Shown: positions 23,101 to 36,710, counted from the stretch's first letter. The stretch is 64,000 nt of DNA from Heteronotia binoei (GCF_032191835.1 NC_083233.1:61628001-61692000); one strand, 5' to 3'. The notes: a model not told the origin generated them from the letters alone. Numbers and translations: made by a program.

Positions 23101-25622
23101 TCCAGGGTGAAAAAGGGTCTAGCACTTGCTACATGTGATTTTTTTTTTTAACTAAAGACATCATGGACTGAACCAGAAACTTTCCACTTGCAAAGCATGT
23201 GCCTTACTGCTGATAGTCTTTCTGGTCTTCTATCTCTAGTCACAGACTGTTGTCTGTACACAGACTGGCGGCAGCTCTCTGAGATCTATTGAAAGTTTGC
23301 AGTATTCTCATACTAAGGATTACCACTCCTCCCATACACACACTGGCTCACACAAGGTTGTGTCCCACCATCTGGAAGCTGTACTAATTCACTTGTTACC
23401 CAAACTGGACCCAGAGAAGGGGAAATTAGTTTTAAAAAGAGTTCCAGAAAGAAATAATGCAGGACCATTGTGATCTCTCTATTCCAGGGTGGATCTCAGT
23501 AGCGGAACCATCCCCAAAAAAATTATGAAAAGAGAGAGAGGGTGATTGTACACACAAACAAATAGCTTTATTGTCTACAAAATAAAATAAAAATAAAGAT
23601 GTAAAGAACCTACACGAGGCACCTGAGAACTAATTCCTGAAGTAACCACACACACACACACACCATCAAGATAGAACAAAAGGTAGGAGGGAGGAAATTG
23701 GGAAGTTTTAGGGAAGGGACGTAAGACTTGAAATCCCAGGCGTGAAATCTGGAAGGATCCAGGGATAAACGCAGCTGAGGTCAAAGAGCAGAGCGAGGAG
23801 GAGGAAAGGAGACTGAAACTCAGTTGCAGAGAAAACCTAGCACACTTTTTGCTGAGTTGAAATAGAATTTTAATGGGGGAGCTAGATACGGGAGCCCACT
23901 TTCTCGGGATCATGTTTGGTCCAAGATATGATGCTTGAATTGGACTGGGCAGTTTGAAGGTAACTGTGGTCAAAATCTGGCGGGAAGATTAAGGAAATAC
24001 CTGACATTCCAAGGTGGGCTGGTTGTTGGACAGTATCAGCATTATGAACAAACAACTGGGAGTGAATGATGAGTTTAAGTGTCCTCCTTATGGCCCATTC
24101 TGGGTGGATCAGATATTAGGCTGCCCTTATTGATGGCTGGATTGGTGCTACTTAAGAGTTGCCCAGCTGTCTATAGCTGGAAATGGTTCACATTGCCTTG
24201 ATGAAGTATCCCTCGGAGCAAAGGATATGACTGTTTCCAAGGCAAGAGACATTCAAAGGCGGTCTGTATTCAAAGGTTTGGCTCTGTATAGTAACCTTGG
24301 ACTTCCTTGGTGGCCTCCCATCCAAGTACTAACCAGGGCTGACCTTCCTTAGCTTCCAAGTTATGACAAGATCAGGCCATCCAGGTCAGGGCTCTGTATT
24401 GGTTAGCAAACAAAAAACATTGGCTTCTCACCCACTCACATAGGCGTAGCATCAATAATGCACTGTTTTGCCATAGCCTGGCCAGGTTTATGGCATGCAC
24501 CACCATTCGCACCCAGCCCCACCTGCCCTATCACATGACTTTTTATTTATTTATGGTTCTGGGAGCAGGGCTGACCTTACCCAGCAAGGCAGCTCCAGTG
24601 GAAAACAATGGATTTCTCAAATCAACTGGAAACCAAAGGGCACATGTTAGACTAGGATTTTGCTCTCTCCCATTCCCACACTTTGCATCCAAACCCTTAC
24701 CCAGATCTCAAAATCATGTCTCCTTGGTAGTAACCAGGGCAGCAGGCGTGGTCACGAGCAGGGCTTTTTTTGTAGCAGGAACTCCTTTGCATATTAAGCC
24801 ACACACCCCTGATGTAGTCAATCCTCCTGCAGCTTACAGGAGGCCCTGTACAAAGAGCCCTGTAAGCTCTTGGAGGATTGGCTACATCAGGGGTGTGTGG
24901 CCTAATATGCAAAGGAGTTCCTGCTACAAAAAAAGTCCTGATCACAGCACCTGACCTATGTCAAGTAGAGACTTTCGACCACACAACTCAACTGTATGTT
25001 TTTCGATGTGTCACTGAGTTCAACAATCACTCTACGTTCTCACTTCTTTTTTTTTAATCAAGTCTCAGGTGACTTATGGCACCCCCTGGTGGGGCTTTCA
25101 AGGCAAGAGTTGTTTAGAGTGGTTTCCCATTGCTTGCCCTGGACTTCCTTGCTAGTCTCCCATCCAAATACTGACCAAGGCCAACCCTGCTTCACTTCCA
25201 AGACGTGATGAGACCAGGCTGGTCTGAGCTATCCAGGTCAGGGCACGCCTACCTAGCTAGAATCCACAGGGGTCTGCTCCTTGCCAGGATTGGACAGCCT
25301 CCAAAACCCACCTGCCCCCAGACAAATATTCTTTACTGACTACCCTTTTATAAGCTGGCTGAGCAGGGCAGACACAACTCAGATCCAACCCAGAATCATA
25401 GGAAAGCAAAGCACATTTGTCCGGCTTTCTGGGACCCCTGATTGTTGGGGTTCCCAGAATGCTGCCGTTCTAGTTCCATCCTATCAGCTGTCTTGGTCCT
25501 TGCCTTGCCTACGCACCACAATACTTGAAATACAAAGTTGGCATCAGCTAGAGGGCTGCCACATTGAAAGGATAGGGGTTAAATGAGATTGCAAGGCTAT
25601 GAGCATTCCGATGACCTATAGG

Positions 25623-25805
25623 CAGGGCTTTTTTTGGAGCAGGAACTCCTTTGCATATTAGGCCACACACGCCTGATGTAGCCAATCCTCCGGGAGCTTA
25701 CAGTAGGGCCTGTACTGAGAACCCAGTAAAATCTTGGAGATTGACTGCATCAGGGGGTGTGGCCTAATGTGTAAAGGAGTTCCAGCTACCACAAAAAAAG
25801 TATTG
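25623..25805. mobile_element. Palindromic (fold-back) hAT-type MITE, 8-bp TSD CCTATAGG; sister copies 24759-24940 and about 27632-27800
   Basis: Self-complementary arms; CCTATAGG at 25615-25622 and 25806-25813. Confidence 0.85.
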
Positions 25806-26710
25806 CCTATAGGAAATGGGCAACACACATATGAACATATGCATTTATGTTTTCATCACACGACCCATTTCTCTTTCACAGCTGATTTTGTTGATTTCTT
25901 TGCATTGCTGTATGGTTTTATAACCATGTATATATATTATGGATGTCTGTTGTATGTAGAAGGTTGATTATACACCAAATGTTGAAACTAACTATGTTTT
26001 CAGGGGTAAATGCGGTGCAGGGAAACAAAGTGACATGTAAATAAATAATCCCAGGCCTGATTGGCATGAGGGAAAAGCGAAATCAAAATGGGGATTTGCA
26101 GATTGAAATAGCTGGGATTTGAAATTCAAAACCATCCTTTCTGGGAGAAACTGCAGGGTGATTAATTTTAGGCAAGGAGAGATTCACTATACTCTGAATC
26201 TCAGACAAAAACCAGCTCGCAACCTGCTAAACCCATCTTGGTTCCCCACCTCAGTCAAAGCATATGTATGACGCACTTCTCAAGCTTTGCAAACCTACAA
26301 TCTATTCTGGGTTTGTCGTCTGATTGCCCTTCAAAGATCTAGCCTGGCCTAAAGTTTTAATGGCTGTGGATGTTCCTGAATTGAGTTTGCCAACCTTTGA
26401 GCAGGGCCTGGAGATCTCCCAGAATTACAACTGGTCTCCAGACTGCAGAGATCTGTTTCCTCTGCAGAAAATGGCTGCTTTGGAGGAACTGTCTCTCACC
26501 TCTCCAAACCTCACCACCCCTGGGATCCAGCCCCAAACCTCCAGGAATTTCACAACCCAGAGCCAGCAACCCTATCCTCAAGAGGTATGTGATCTCCCAG
26601 ACCTGGCCATTTTCCTCTGAAGAGCCAGCAGGTTGCTCTCTGGAAGAGGAAGAGGCCAAGCACACATCACATGGCATAATAGAGATGCCAGCCTCCACTC
26701 CAGGTGGGGC

Positions 26711-27207
26711 TAGGGTTGCCAATCCCCAGGTGGGGGCAGGGGATCCCCCGGTTTAGAGGCCCTCCCCCCCGTTTCAGGGTTGTCAGAAAGCGGGGGGAGG
26801 GGAGGGAAATGTCTGCTGGGAACTCTGTTATTCCCTATGGAGATTTATTCCCATAGAAAATCATGGAGAATTGGTATCTGGGGCTTGGGGGGGGCTGTTT
26901 TTTAGGGTAGAGGCACCAAATTTTCAGTATAGTATCTAGTGCCTCTCCCCAAAATACCCCCCAAGTTTCAAAAATATTGGAACAGGGGGTCCAATTCTAT
27001 GAGCCCCAAAAGAAGGTGCCCCTATCCATTATTTCCTATGGAAGGAAGGCACTGAAAAGGTGTGCCATCTCTTTAAATGTGATGGCCAGAACTCCCTTTG
27101 GAGTTCAATTATGCTTGTCACAGCCTTGATCTTGGCTCCACCCCAATGTCTCCTGGCTCCACCCCCAAAGTCCCCAGATATTTCTTGAATTGGACTTGGC
27201 AACCCTA
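26711..27207. mobile_element. ~500-bp non-autonomous hAT (TIR TAGGGTTGCCA), perfect TSD GGTGGGGC, nested in a related MITE (about 26680-27393); second copy at about 4828-5301
   Basis: TSD at 26703-26710 and 27208-27215; extensive homology to 4828-5301. Confidence 0.85.
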
Positions 27208-28288
27208 GGTGGGGCCTGGGGACCTCCTGGAATTAAGGCTCATCTCCAGACTGCAGAGATCAGTTCCCCTGGAGGAAATGGATGCTTTGGAGGGAGGGGG
27301 ACTCTGTGGCATTGCACCCCACTGAGGTCTCTATCCTCCCCAGGCTCCATCCTCAAATCTCCAGGAGTTTCCAACATGGAGCTGGCAACCCTACAGCCCA
27401 CTAGGAACTGGAGGGACCTGGCAACCCTATATCGTATCACCCAACACTTTAATATTAACAAGCAGCAACGGGAGAGAGGGCAACTGCAATCAAGGTCATG
27501 GTGCTGGGACGGGTTGTTAAAAACACTTTCTTTCCACACTTGTTTCCCCTCCAAGCCGCCTCCCACCAGCACCATGCCACTAGAGCTACTGTGAGCACAA
27601 AGCTCCTTGCTGTGAGAATAGCGGTGCTTACCAGGGGTGGAATTCTAGCAGGAGCTCCTTTGCATATTAGGCCACACACCCCTGATGTAGCCAATCCTCC
27701 AAGAGCTTACAAGGCTTTTTTGTAAGCTCTTGGAGGATTGGCTCCATCAGGGGGTGTGGGCTAATATGCAAAGGAGTTCCTGCTACAAAAAAAAATGCCT
27801 TGCTTGTTTTTAAGAAGGCAGTGGTCCCCAAGGAATTTGCAGAAGGAAGGGGTGAATCAGGAGAAATAGTTGATTTAGTATGGCTCCAACCCTTTGGCTC
27901 CTCTCTGAAATAAACCCTATTACACAGACAAGGCATATAATCCCAGCAATAAGGTACCAAAGTGAGTGCACACACAAACAATGCCCTTTAACTTGCAATA
28001 TCTATTTTGAGCAACAATTTGTCTGCAGCATTTGGGTTTCCATTACATACCTATGATTATACTTTGAAACAAAACAGAACAAAGATGTTTGCTTCGCCTC
28101 CTATATATACCTGTTTGTAGTGCATCGTATAAGAGACTGGAATCACCCCCTTTAAGACTCCCTAAGACAACTGAGCCTCACTTTCAGATGAAGCTCAGAG
28201 ATGTGTTTTCACTCTCCTTTCTTTGTCCAGATGAATTCAGTTTGACATAAGCCATATACTAGTCCACTGTAACAACTGCTTTCTTTTG

Positions 28289-28376
28289 TGACATCACATA
28301 AGAATGTTCAAAGTTCTACAGCATCCCACCTGAAAGAGTCAGGCCATCGCAGATGACCATCCTGGAATTCGCACCA
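28289..28376 (+). promoter_or_regulatory. Proximal promoter/5' leader block of kinase copy B (TGACATCACAT...AATGTTCAAAGTTCTACA)
   Basis: Homologous to 36711-36820; CRE-like site 146 nt before the ATG. Confidence 0.6.
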
Positions 28377-28434
28377 ATGAAAGGTTAATGTACAACTAAA
28401 CTGGATGTTTCGGTCAGTATCTAGCTACAGTACT

Positions 28435-29442
28435 ATGGATGATGCTGACGTTCTTAAAAGGAGGGGCTACATCATGGGAATCAACCTCGGAGAAGGATCT
28501 TACGCTAAAGTGAAATCTGCCTACTCCGACCGGCTGAAATGCAACGTTGCAGTGAAGATCATTGATAAGAGCAAAGCTCCGCGGGACTTCCTGGAAAGGT
28601 TTCTTCCGAGAGAAATCGAAATGCTGGCCAGAGTGAAGCACTATGCCATCATCAAAACCTATGAGATCTTCGAGACGTCAGATGGTAAAGTCTACATTGT
28701 GACCGAGCTCGGCGTACAGGGAGACTTGCTGGAGTTCATCAAGAGGAGAGGAGCCATCCCAGAGGATGTGGCCCGGAGAATGTTCCACCAGCTCGCCAGC
28801 GCTATTAGTTACTGCCACGAGCTGGACATTGTCCATCGGGATTTGAAATGTGAGAACCTCCTTCTGGACAAAGAATTCAACATCAAGTTGACAGACTTTG
28901 GTTTCTCCAAACGGCTGAATCGTGACGAGGAAGGCAGAGTCACCCTCAGCAAAACCTTTTGCGGGTCTGCGGCCTATGCCGCCCCAGAAGTGCTGCAAGG
29001 CATTCCGTACCAGCCCAAGGTGTACGACATATGGAGCCTGGGCGTCGTCCTCTTCATTATGGTCTGCGGCTCCATGCCCTACGATGACTCCAACATCAAG
29101 AAAATGCTCAAGTTGCAGAAGGAACACCGGGTACACTTTCCCCGCTCTAAAACGCTCTCGTCCGAGTGTAAAGACCTCGTTTATCGCATGCTGCAGCCCG
29201 ATGTTACTCGCCGCTTGCGCATCGATGAAGTCTTAACGCACGGTTGGATGCAAGATCCCAAATCTGTCTCAGACACCATGCTTACGAAAGGAGGGGAATG
29301 CTCTTCCAATCAGAATACGATCAGGGCAGCATTTGGGAAGGAATCAGGACCAGAGCCCTCTGAAAACGAAGAAGTTATACAAGAAGAAAGACACGCAGAT
29401 ATGGATAAACTCTCTGACCAGATGAAAAGGACAGCCATTTGA
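28435..29442 (+). CDS. TSSK1/2: Intronless testis-specific Ser/Thr kinase, TSSK1/TSSK2 family, copy B (335 aa from the homologous ATG; an in-frame ATG at 28405 would add 10 aa)
   Basis: [12 protein letters not shown]...GEGSYAKV...VAVK...HRDLKCEN...DFG...[14 protein letters not shown]. Intact ORF with an acidic C-terminal tail. Confidence 0.96.
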   Translation: MDDADVLKRRGYIMGINLGEGSYAKVKSAYSDRLKCNVAVKIIDKSKAPRDFLERFLPREIEMLARVKHYAIIKTYEIFETSDGKVYIVTELGVQGDLLEFIKRRGAIPEDVARRMFHQLASAISYCHELDIVHRDLKCENLLLDKEFNIKLTDFGFSKRLNRDEEGRVTLSKTFCGSAAYAAPEVLQGIPYQPKVYDIWSLGVVLFIMVCGSMPYDDSNIKKMLKLQKEHRVHFPRSKTLSSECKDLVYRMLQPDVTRRLRIDEVLTHGWMQDPKSVSDTMLTKGGECSSNQNTIRAAFGKESGPEPSENEEVIQEERHADMDKLSDQMKRTAI

Positions 29443-30066
29443 AACTGCCAGCAATTCAGCAATGCCAAAAGCTGAAGATGTGTGGCTTCCTGTCACACAA
29501 GGATCAATGACTTCTAGATATTGAAAATGTTTGGAAAGAAACTGAAGCTGGAAAAGCATTTCTTCACCATCAAGGTCTTTGGCAAATCCTATTTTAGAAG
29601 CAAGGCAAACCAGCAATATCCAGAAATCTTTGTGTTTGATAATACGTCCCACGCCGAAAGGAACAGGGAGTAGAATTTTTTTCCACTGTTCTCCAAAGCA
29701 AAGGGAATCTATATATCAATTTTGCCAGGCTATAGCAATTCACTCCAGGTTGGTATTATGCCAACACAAGACATGTTTGTATCTAAAGTGCTTGAGAAAC
29801 AGCTGCTGTAGCATCAGGCAAAACAGACAAGCTACAAACAGTTGTCATTCCATTATATTATCTGCATGCCCAAGACAGCTGCTTCTGCCAGAAAGGTATC
29901 ATCAATATGAACTCATGTTTCCAAAGAAGAGAATACCAGTGAAATGCTGGTTTAAGAAAATCCAGATCCATTACAACAACGGTTCAAGATTTAGGGGGTT
30001 TGTTTCAAAATGTATTCCCCTACCCAAAGCCTTCAGAAATTACAACTATCATTCTAAAAGCAAACT

Positions 30067-30076
30067 AATAAATAAA
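30067..30076 (+). terminator. Overlapping AATAAA signals, candidate poly(A) site of kinase copy B
   Basis: AATAAATAAA about 625 nt after the stop codon. Confidence 0.45.
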
Positions 30077-30497
30077 AGCTAGATGGGGGAAAAACAGCAG
30101 GGCTCAGTTTGGGATGATTGCCATGAAATGAACTCCTAGGGAGGCTAGAAGATTGCTTCCCCACAACACCCACATGTTCACAATTTAGTTTATATACCCA
30201 GTTGAGTCAGCATCTAGGATAAGCACAGTGGGGCATCTATTGAGGCCCACAGCATGAAGGAACACTGTCTGACAATGGTGGGTAGATCAAACAGAGGATG
30301 ATGAGTAGGAGAGGCATGTTTAGTCAGACGAGACATCAGGGGGCATCTTACCCAGAATAAGCCAAAACCTGGATCTAACCCTGCTCCCAGCAGTCAGTCT
30401 TAGACTAAAAATGTCCACCACCCAATTCATAAGTAGCTGCCTTAAACTGAGGGTGCTCTCACACATACTAAATAACACACTTTCAATCCAGACCAAT

Positions 30498-30750
30498 TTC
30501 ACACTAGGGCTTGTTCCGGGGGAATAGCCCTTTTGCCCCTGGCGCTTCTCTCTGTTGTCACACAAACTGCCACAGAGCTGCGAGTTGGCATGCTGCTTTC
30601 CTGCGGCAAGCAGAAACCACTTGTGAGAGGAACTTGCTTGCCGTGGGAAAGCAGTGTACCAACTCGCAGCTCCACAGCAGCTTGTGCAAAAACAGAAGAG
30701 AGAAGCGCCAGGAGCAAAAGGGCTCTCCACCTGGAACAAGCCCTAGTGAG
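30498..30750. mobile_element. ~250-bp imperfect palindrome (fold-back MITE) inside an element related to 8233-8406
   Basis: CACTAGGGCTTGTTCC...CTTTTGCCCCTGGCGCTTCTCTCT mirrors AGAGAGAAGCGCCAGGAGCAAAAG...GGAACAAGCCCTAGTG. Confidence 0.7.
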
Positions 30751-31844
30751 GAATCAGTCCCACTTTCAGTGCACTGGCAACTGGATTTTACTGTATGAAA
30801 TGGCAAAATCTATTTGCAAACAGTTGTGGAAATGGACTGAAATGCAGGGAAACACTGATCCAGCAAGGTCAGTATGGTCAGCTCTGCAGCAGTTCTTTGG
30901 GGTCACAGGGCGAGGTCCTCCATATCATCTGCTACCTACTAGAGATGCTGGGGAATGGACCCAAGATTTTCTGTATGTCCTTGAGAAGTTCTGTCCAACC
31001 ATTCAAAGGAATGTTTGATGTGCTGAGAGTAGGGTGGCTTGCAGGTCTTCTGTGGTCTGTGCTAGGTCTTATGGGATGCTCTATTCTTCTGAACAGAGCT
31101 GGCTTCCACCAGAAGAGGAGAACTAGCTTCTCCTTGACCTCCTAAGGAGGCACTGGGTAAGCCAGGAAGTAACAGCAGGCATAGAAACACAGGCATTCCG
31201 CTGAAGTTCTGACTGGTGGACCACTAGTAGGTTTCTTGGCCACCACTGTGAAGCTGCTGTTCTTCTGCTCTGTCTTTTGTCTGCTGACTCAGGTGCCCAG
31301 AAGAGAAGCCACAGCAGTGCCAGTGGGGGGCGGGAAGGAAGGGGGCATCTGGAGGCTTGGTTTAGAACCAGAGCCTTTTTTCTATCATTTAGTCACCCTT
31401 CCCTCTGAGATGTAACCCCCCGCTCTGTTGAGGAGAATGAACTACAGGGTCCTTCTTGCATTGTTTGGAAGGGTTGTCCTGTGGTGGCAGGGGGAGGGGG
31501 GGAGGAAGGAGAAGACATACTGCAGGGACAGAGAAAGGGAGACAGAGACTGAAATGTCAGATTCACTTTGACATTATCTTCTAGCACCTGAGCCCTAAAT
31601 TGTTTCAGTCCCCTGCAATAAAAAAACAAACAAAAACAAAACTAACTAAAGGTACACTGACCTGTGGAGAGCTTAGGTTAGTCCAATCTCTTCAGATCGC
31701 AGGAGGTAAGCAGAATCATCCTTGGTTAGTTCTTGGATGGGAGACCTCAAGGAATACCAGGGTTGTGGTGCAGAGGCAGGCAGCGGCAAATCACCTCCGA
31801 ATGTCTCTGGCCTTGAAAACTCCACAGGATGGCCAAACGTCTGC

Positions 31845-32041
31845 NNNNNNNNNNNNNNNNNNNNNNNNNNNNNNNNNNNNNNNNNNNNNNNNNNNNNNNN
31901 NNNNNNNNNNNNNNNNNNNNNNNNNNNNNNNNNNNNNNNNNNNNNNNNNNNNNNNNNNNNNNNNNNNNNNNNNNNNNNNNNNNNNNNNNNNNNNNNNNNN
32001 NNNNNNNNNNNNNNNNNNNNNNNNNNNNNNNNNNNNNNNNN
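31845..32041. other. Assembly gap (197 N)
   Basis: Run of n characters. Confidence 1.
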
Positions 32042-34689
32042 ATCTCTCCCCCTTCTCTATCTATCTAGCTATATCATCCATTTTTCATTGTTTTCACTCA
32101 CTACTTTAAACATGTATGATTTGCCTTTCACAACAAAGGTTTCATATACTTAAAAATCAATGGAGCCAGTCTACAACCCATGCCCCAAACTGAGCAAAGT
32201 CATCATCAAAAGCCAGTCACCTGCAACCAGAAAATCTAACCGACCATTAAAGGAAGTTTCTCGGGGGGGGGGGGACGACTAGAGCCTGCTAGATATTAAA
32301 GAAAGCACAGAAATCTTGGGGGGGGGGGGGCGTGCCAGGAACCTGCTGGGCCAAAGAGAGCAAAGGGGTGGAGCTGGAAAGAGGACATTCCTGCCTCCAC
32401 CTCCCTGCAGGAAGGGGAGCTGGAGAAGAAAGACGGCTGGAGGTATCAAAGATGCATCCCAGACAGAGAGCCAGATGCTCGAGGCTGGCCAGCTCTGACT
32501 CCTGGGTGGCCTTCCTGGCCACCAGTGGGGGGGGGGGGGTCCAAGGTTGCCAGTTCCAAGTGGAAGAATTCCTGGAGATTTGCAAGTGGAGCCTGGGGAG
32601 GACAGAGACCTTGGAGGGTAAAATGCCATAGAGTCCACCCTCCACAGCATCCATGTTCTCCAGGGGAACTGCTCTCTGTAGTCTGGAGATGAGCCGTGAT
32701 TTCAGGAGATCCCTAGGCTCTTACATTAAGAAGTTTCACCGCCCCTGGTACAGACTCTTCAGAGAGCCGCTTTACATTCCATCAAACATGGCCTTTGGGT
32801 TAAATCCCTGTTCACCTCTTCGAACAGTTTATAGAACTACCGCAAAATTCTTTTTGGAAATAACAGCCCCCTTTGTCACTAGTCAGGCCCTAGCTAGGAT
32901 CTGGGTTATGCCTCCCTAATGGTAGCTATTCTGCTAAGGCTTTCAAGTTAGGCACAGCAGTGTGACATTCATCCCAGAAAAGTGACCCATTTTGCTGGGC
33001 CCGGGAGGGCACTGCACCCTTTTCATTCTCAAGTCTTTTGTGTGCCAGTTTGCATTCTTCTGGTTCACTGTGCCTGGCTACAGGTTGTATCCACCACTCA
33101 TAAGCCCTGACTTTTGAGAAGGGCCAGCATGAGATGCTGGCAAGGTTGGTTCCTTGCAAGGTCCCATGGCCTGGTAGAGGGGCCACCACCCAATTGGCAA
33201 TGTGTTCAGTCAATCTCCCATTTCCCTGAAGGCTGTGAAGGACAGAGAGCATAAGTGGATCAGGGTCTCCTGCCTCCCCCAGACACCCCTTCTAATCAGC
33301 ATAGAGGACCCTGCAAGATGGGGCTACAAGGACTGAGAGAAAGTCAGACTCCAGCAGCAATTAGGGGGAGAGAGGAGGAGGAGGAGATTCAGAGTGGCTT
33401 ACAATCTCCTTTCCCTTCCCGTCCCCACAACAGACACCTTGTGAGGTAGGTGAGGCTGAGAGAGCTCTGACAGAAACTGCTCTTGAGAGAACAGCTCTGA
33501 GAGGACTGTGGCACAAGATGATCCAGCAGTTGCACGTGGAGGAGTGGGAAATCAGACCCGGTTCTCCCAGATTAGAGTCTGAGCTCTTACCAGTCTCCGG
33601 ACTGCGAAGATCAGTTTCCCTGGAGGAAATGGCAGATTTGGAAGGTGGACTGTCTGGCACCACGTGGGGGTTGCCAGATTCCCCCAGCCACTGGCAGGAG
33701 TTGAGAAACTCCTGGAGCTTTGGGGATGGAGCCTGGGGAAGACAGGGGCCACAGTGGGGCCCAATGCCACAGATCTATCCTCCAAGGCCCTGTAAGAAGG
33801 GGCCTACTGTAAGCTCCTACTGCTACCCTCCAGGGCCTACTGTAAGCTCCTGCTACAAAAAAAAAACACCCTGCCCTGGCTGCCAGCAGGGAGGGGGTAG
33901 GATTGCCAGCTCCAGGTTGGGAAACTGTTGGAGATTTGGGGATGGAAATCTGGGGAGGACAGGAGCCACAGTCCACCCTCCAAAGCATCCATTTTCTCCA
34001 GGGGAACTAACCTTTGTGGTCTGGAGATGACCTGTAATTCCAGGATATCTCCAGGTCCCGTCTGGAGGCTGGCATCCCTTCCAGGGACACCTTGTAACCT
34101 AGAACTCATAAAGACTTGTAGCTAGCCAGAGCTGTTGATGGCTTTTCATTTATTTCTGCTTATCTCTCTGCTTAGCAGTTAATTTCCCCTGCTCCTCTCC
34201 CCCCCACACACAAACACCCCAAGGAAATCTCAGCCACTTCGGCAAAGAGATAAGAGCTGATTAAACGGCAAAGAAGGGCTGCCAGTTGTTTCTGCTTTAA
34301 GGAATTTGCCTGAGATCCCAGCCGTTTTCTCTGCCCACCTCTGGGCACAGAATGGCAATTCCTGGTTACTTTCTCTTTTGCATTGTGAGCGTCACATGTA
34401 GCCAAGCATATTGTTACCTTTTGGGGGGAAGGCAAGGTTGCCATCTCTGGGTTGGGAAATACCTGGAAATTTGGGGGACAGAAACTAGAGAAGACAGAGT
34501 GTGGGGAGAAGAGGAACCTCAGCAGAGTACAAGGCCACAGAGTCCCCCCTCCAAAGCAGCCCTTTGCTTCAGGGAAACCAATTTTGGTCATTTGGAGATT
34601 GATTGTAATAGCTGGAGACTGGCATAAACCCAGAATGGGGACATCTAGGATGCATGCTTCTCATGCACGCACACACACATTCCATTCCC

Positions 34690-34825
34690 ATTTGTCTGAT
34701 GAAGTCTGCTTAAGAGCATACAAAAGCTTACATTCTGAATAAAACTTAGTTGATCTTAAAGGTGCACTTGTCTACTGTTTTGTTCTATTGCTTCAGACCA
34801 ACATGGCTGCCTACTGGGATCTACA
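34690..34825 (+). mobile_element. Penelope-like relic with decayed hammerhead core
   Basis: TGT-CTGATGA-A-GTCTGCT-TAAG-AGCATAC-AAAA-GC-TT-ACA, followed by AATAAAACTTAGTTGATCTTAAAGGTGC...CTTCAGACCAACATGGCTGCC. Confidence 0.6.
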
Positions 34826-36710
34826 CACACACACAGAGATCCTCCTCAAAGGGAGACAGAAGACAAGCACAAAATGTTCGGAATAATACCATCCTGCTAA
34901 TGAAAATTGCATGGGTGATGTGACATGTACCTGTCATATCTTTGGCTTGCCACCATCTCCTCCAAGCAGTAGTTTGCTTCAGCAAAGCCAGTCATCACCA
35001 CCCCTCGTGCATTCACACAACTATTTGGTTAGGATCAGACGACAGCCCAAGCTGTCTCCTTGTCCAAATGGAACCTTCCTGATACTGAGTGATGCAATAG
35101 ATCTCTTCCATTATCATCCACTGGCAAAAGGTCTCCACGGTCAGATGGAGCTCCTTCCTGATCATCTGGGACGCTTTAATCTGACAATGTCGGTCACAGC
35201 AATTTCCCCAAACAAAGTACGAACACCATTGTTAATGACCTGAAGGTACAGCCTCTCTATTTACCTATGCAGAGCTGGCCTACTATTTGAATCCTGGACC
35301 TCTTCCATCCTAAGTGAGAATCATACCACTAACTACACCAAGTATCTGGACAAATGCTTCATCATGAAACCATTGCTGATGAGCCTCAATTTCCAGCTTG
35401 TGTCAGTGATTCTTTCACAAAAAGCCTCAGTACTTCCTCACATACCTAAATGGCTGGATTCATTGGTTTTTGGAGTGGGTTGGAGCATACTGGAGAGCAG
35501 TAAGGAAGGCATGTGGCTTCTGCCTCAGGCTTCATGGCTTAAATGAATCTCAGAGAACTGCCCAAAATGTTGAATGCTTGACAGGGCCTCCAGAGGATCG
35601 GACACACCAGACGCTCGCCCAGGGAATTCAAGGCTAAATGTAATGTGAGGGGAGCAATTAATCAAATAAGTACCCCACAGTGCCCCACCTGGGTTTCCAA
35701 AAAACCTCACATCAAAGCAGGAGAATCAGTTTCATTCAGCAAAACCACGTGGAGATCGAAGAGTTAAATCCTCTTTCCATTCCCAGCACAGCTCCATGAC
35801 AAGCTGAGGCTGCAGTTTGCGTTTTAGAGATGAACAGAAGCACGAGCCTCATCTCATCAGTTTTTACCCCCAACATTCTAACCACTGTTCCCCCCAGCGT
35901 ATATTACTGCTTCCTTATCAGCTTCTCAGGCACAATCCAAAGTGCTCATTTCAAGCCCTGAACGGCTTGATCATTTCAGACCTAAGCAGCTGCCTCCCTT
36001 TTGACAATCAATACACAGTCACGTGACAAAGAACAATCATGTGACAAAGGCAATCCCCTCCCAGCCACCATGCTCTACTATCTTATGGTGGGGCCAAAGG
36101 AACACAAAGATCCACCACTCATCATATCTATGACTTATGTGCACACGCTGACCACCCCTGGAGCTGTGTGTCCGTCTGCATTTTAAGTCTTTCCCTCTAA
36201 TTTAGCTCTCAGAATACTCTTTTGTTATTATTAGAAAGCAAGGGAAATGAAGATTCAAGGCTCTACGGTTTTCATCATTTAACTTGGCCCTGTCCCATAG
36301 ATAGATTCTCTAGTTTCATAAGCAGTCCAAACATGTGATTGAAAAGCCAATTCACTCTTTGATTAACGAAGAGAGAAACTTCCTCATCTCAATAACCTGA
36401 GGGTTACCTGCCACTAATCTACCAGGTCAGAAAGAAAATACTGAAGACTTCTGTAAATATTATTTTAAATCCACAAGACTAAAAAAAAAAAAGGTTTCTG
36501 GGTAGGACATCTACAAAAATGTATTCTCCTTCCTTCAGAGGGTTAAAAACAAGAGCGAAGATTGGATTTTTACACTATAATATTCAGATTATTTCTCTTG
36601 TAAAGGGGTGAGCTAGAATATTATTACCTCTGGCTTCTTAGTTGCTTTATATTAGGTTTGAACAAGGCAAGTAAGTTAATTCACTAACTACTCCTCTCAA
36701 CTCAGCTTTA

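Noticed and set aside
23547-24192. Possible minus-strand LTR or other repeat
   Set aside because: Boundaries and TSD could not be established.
19320-29236. Antisense or alternative-frame ORFs overlapping the kinases (19320-19649, 19523-19774, 28678-29136, 28922-29236)
   Set aside because: Expected shadows of a coding strand; not conserved as ORFs among the three paralogues.
31600-32153. ORFs spanning the N run
   Set aside because: Artefacts of translating the assembly gap.
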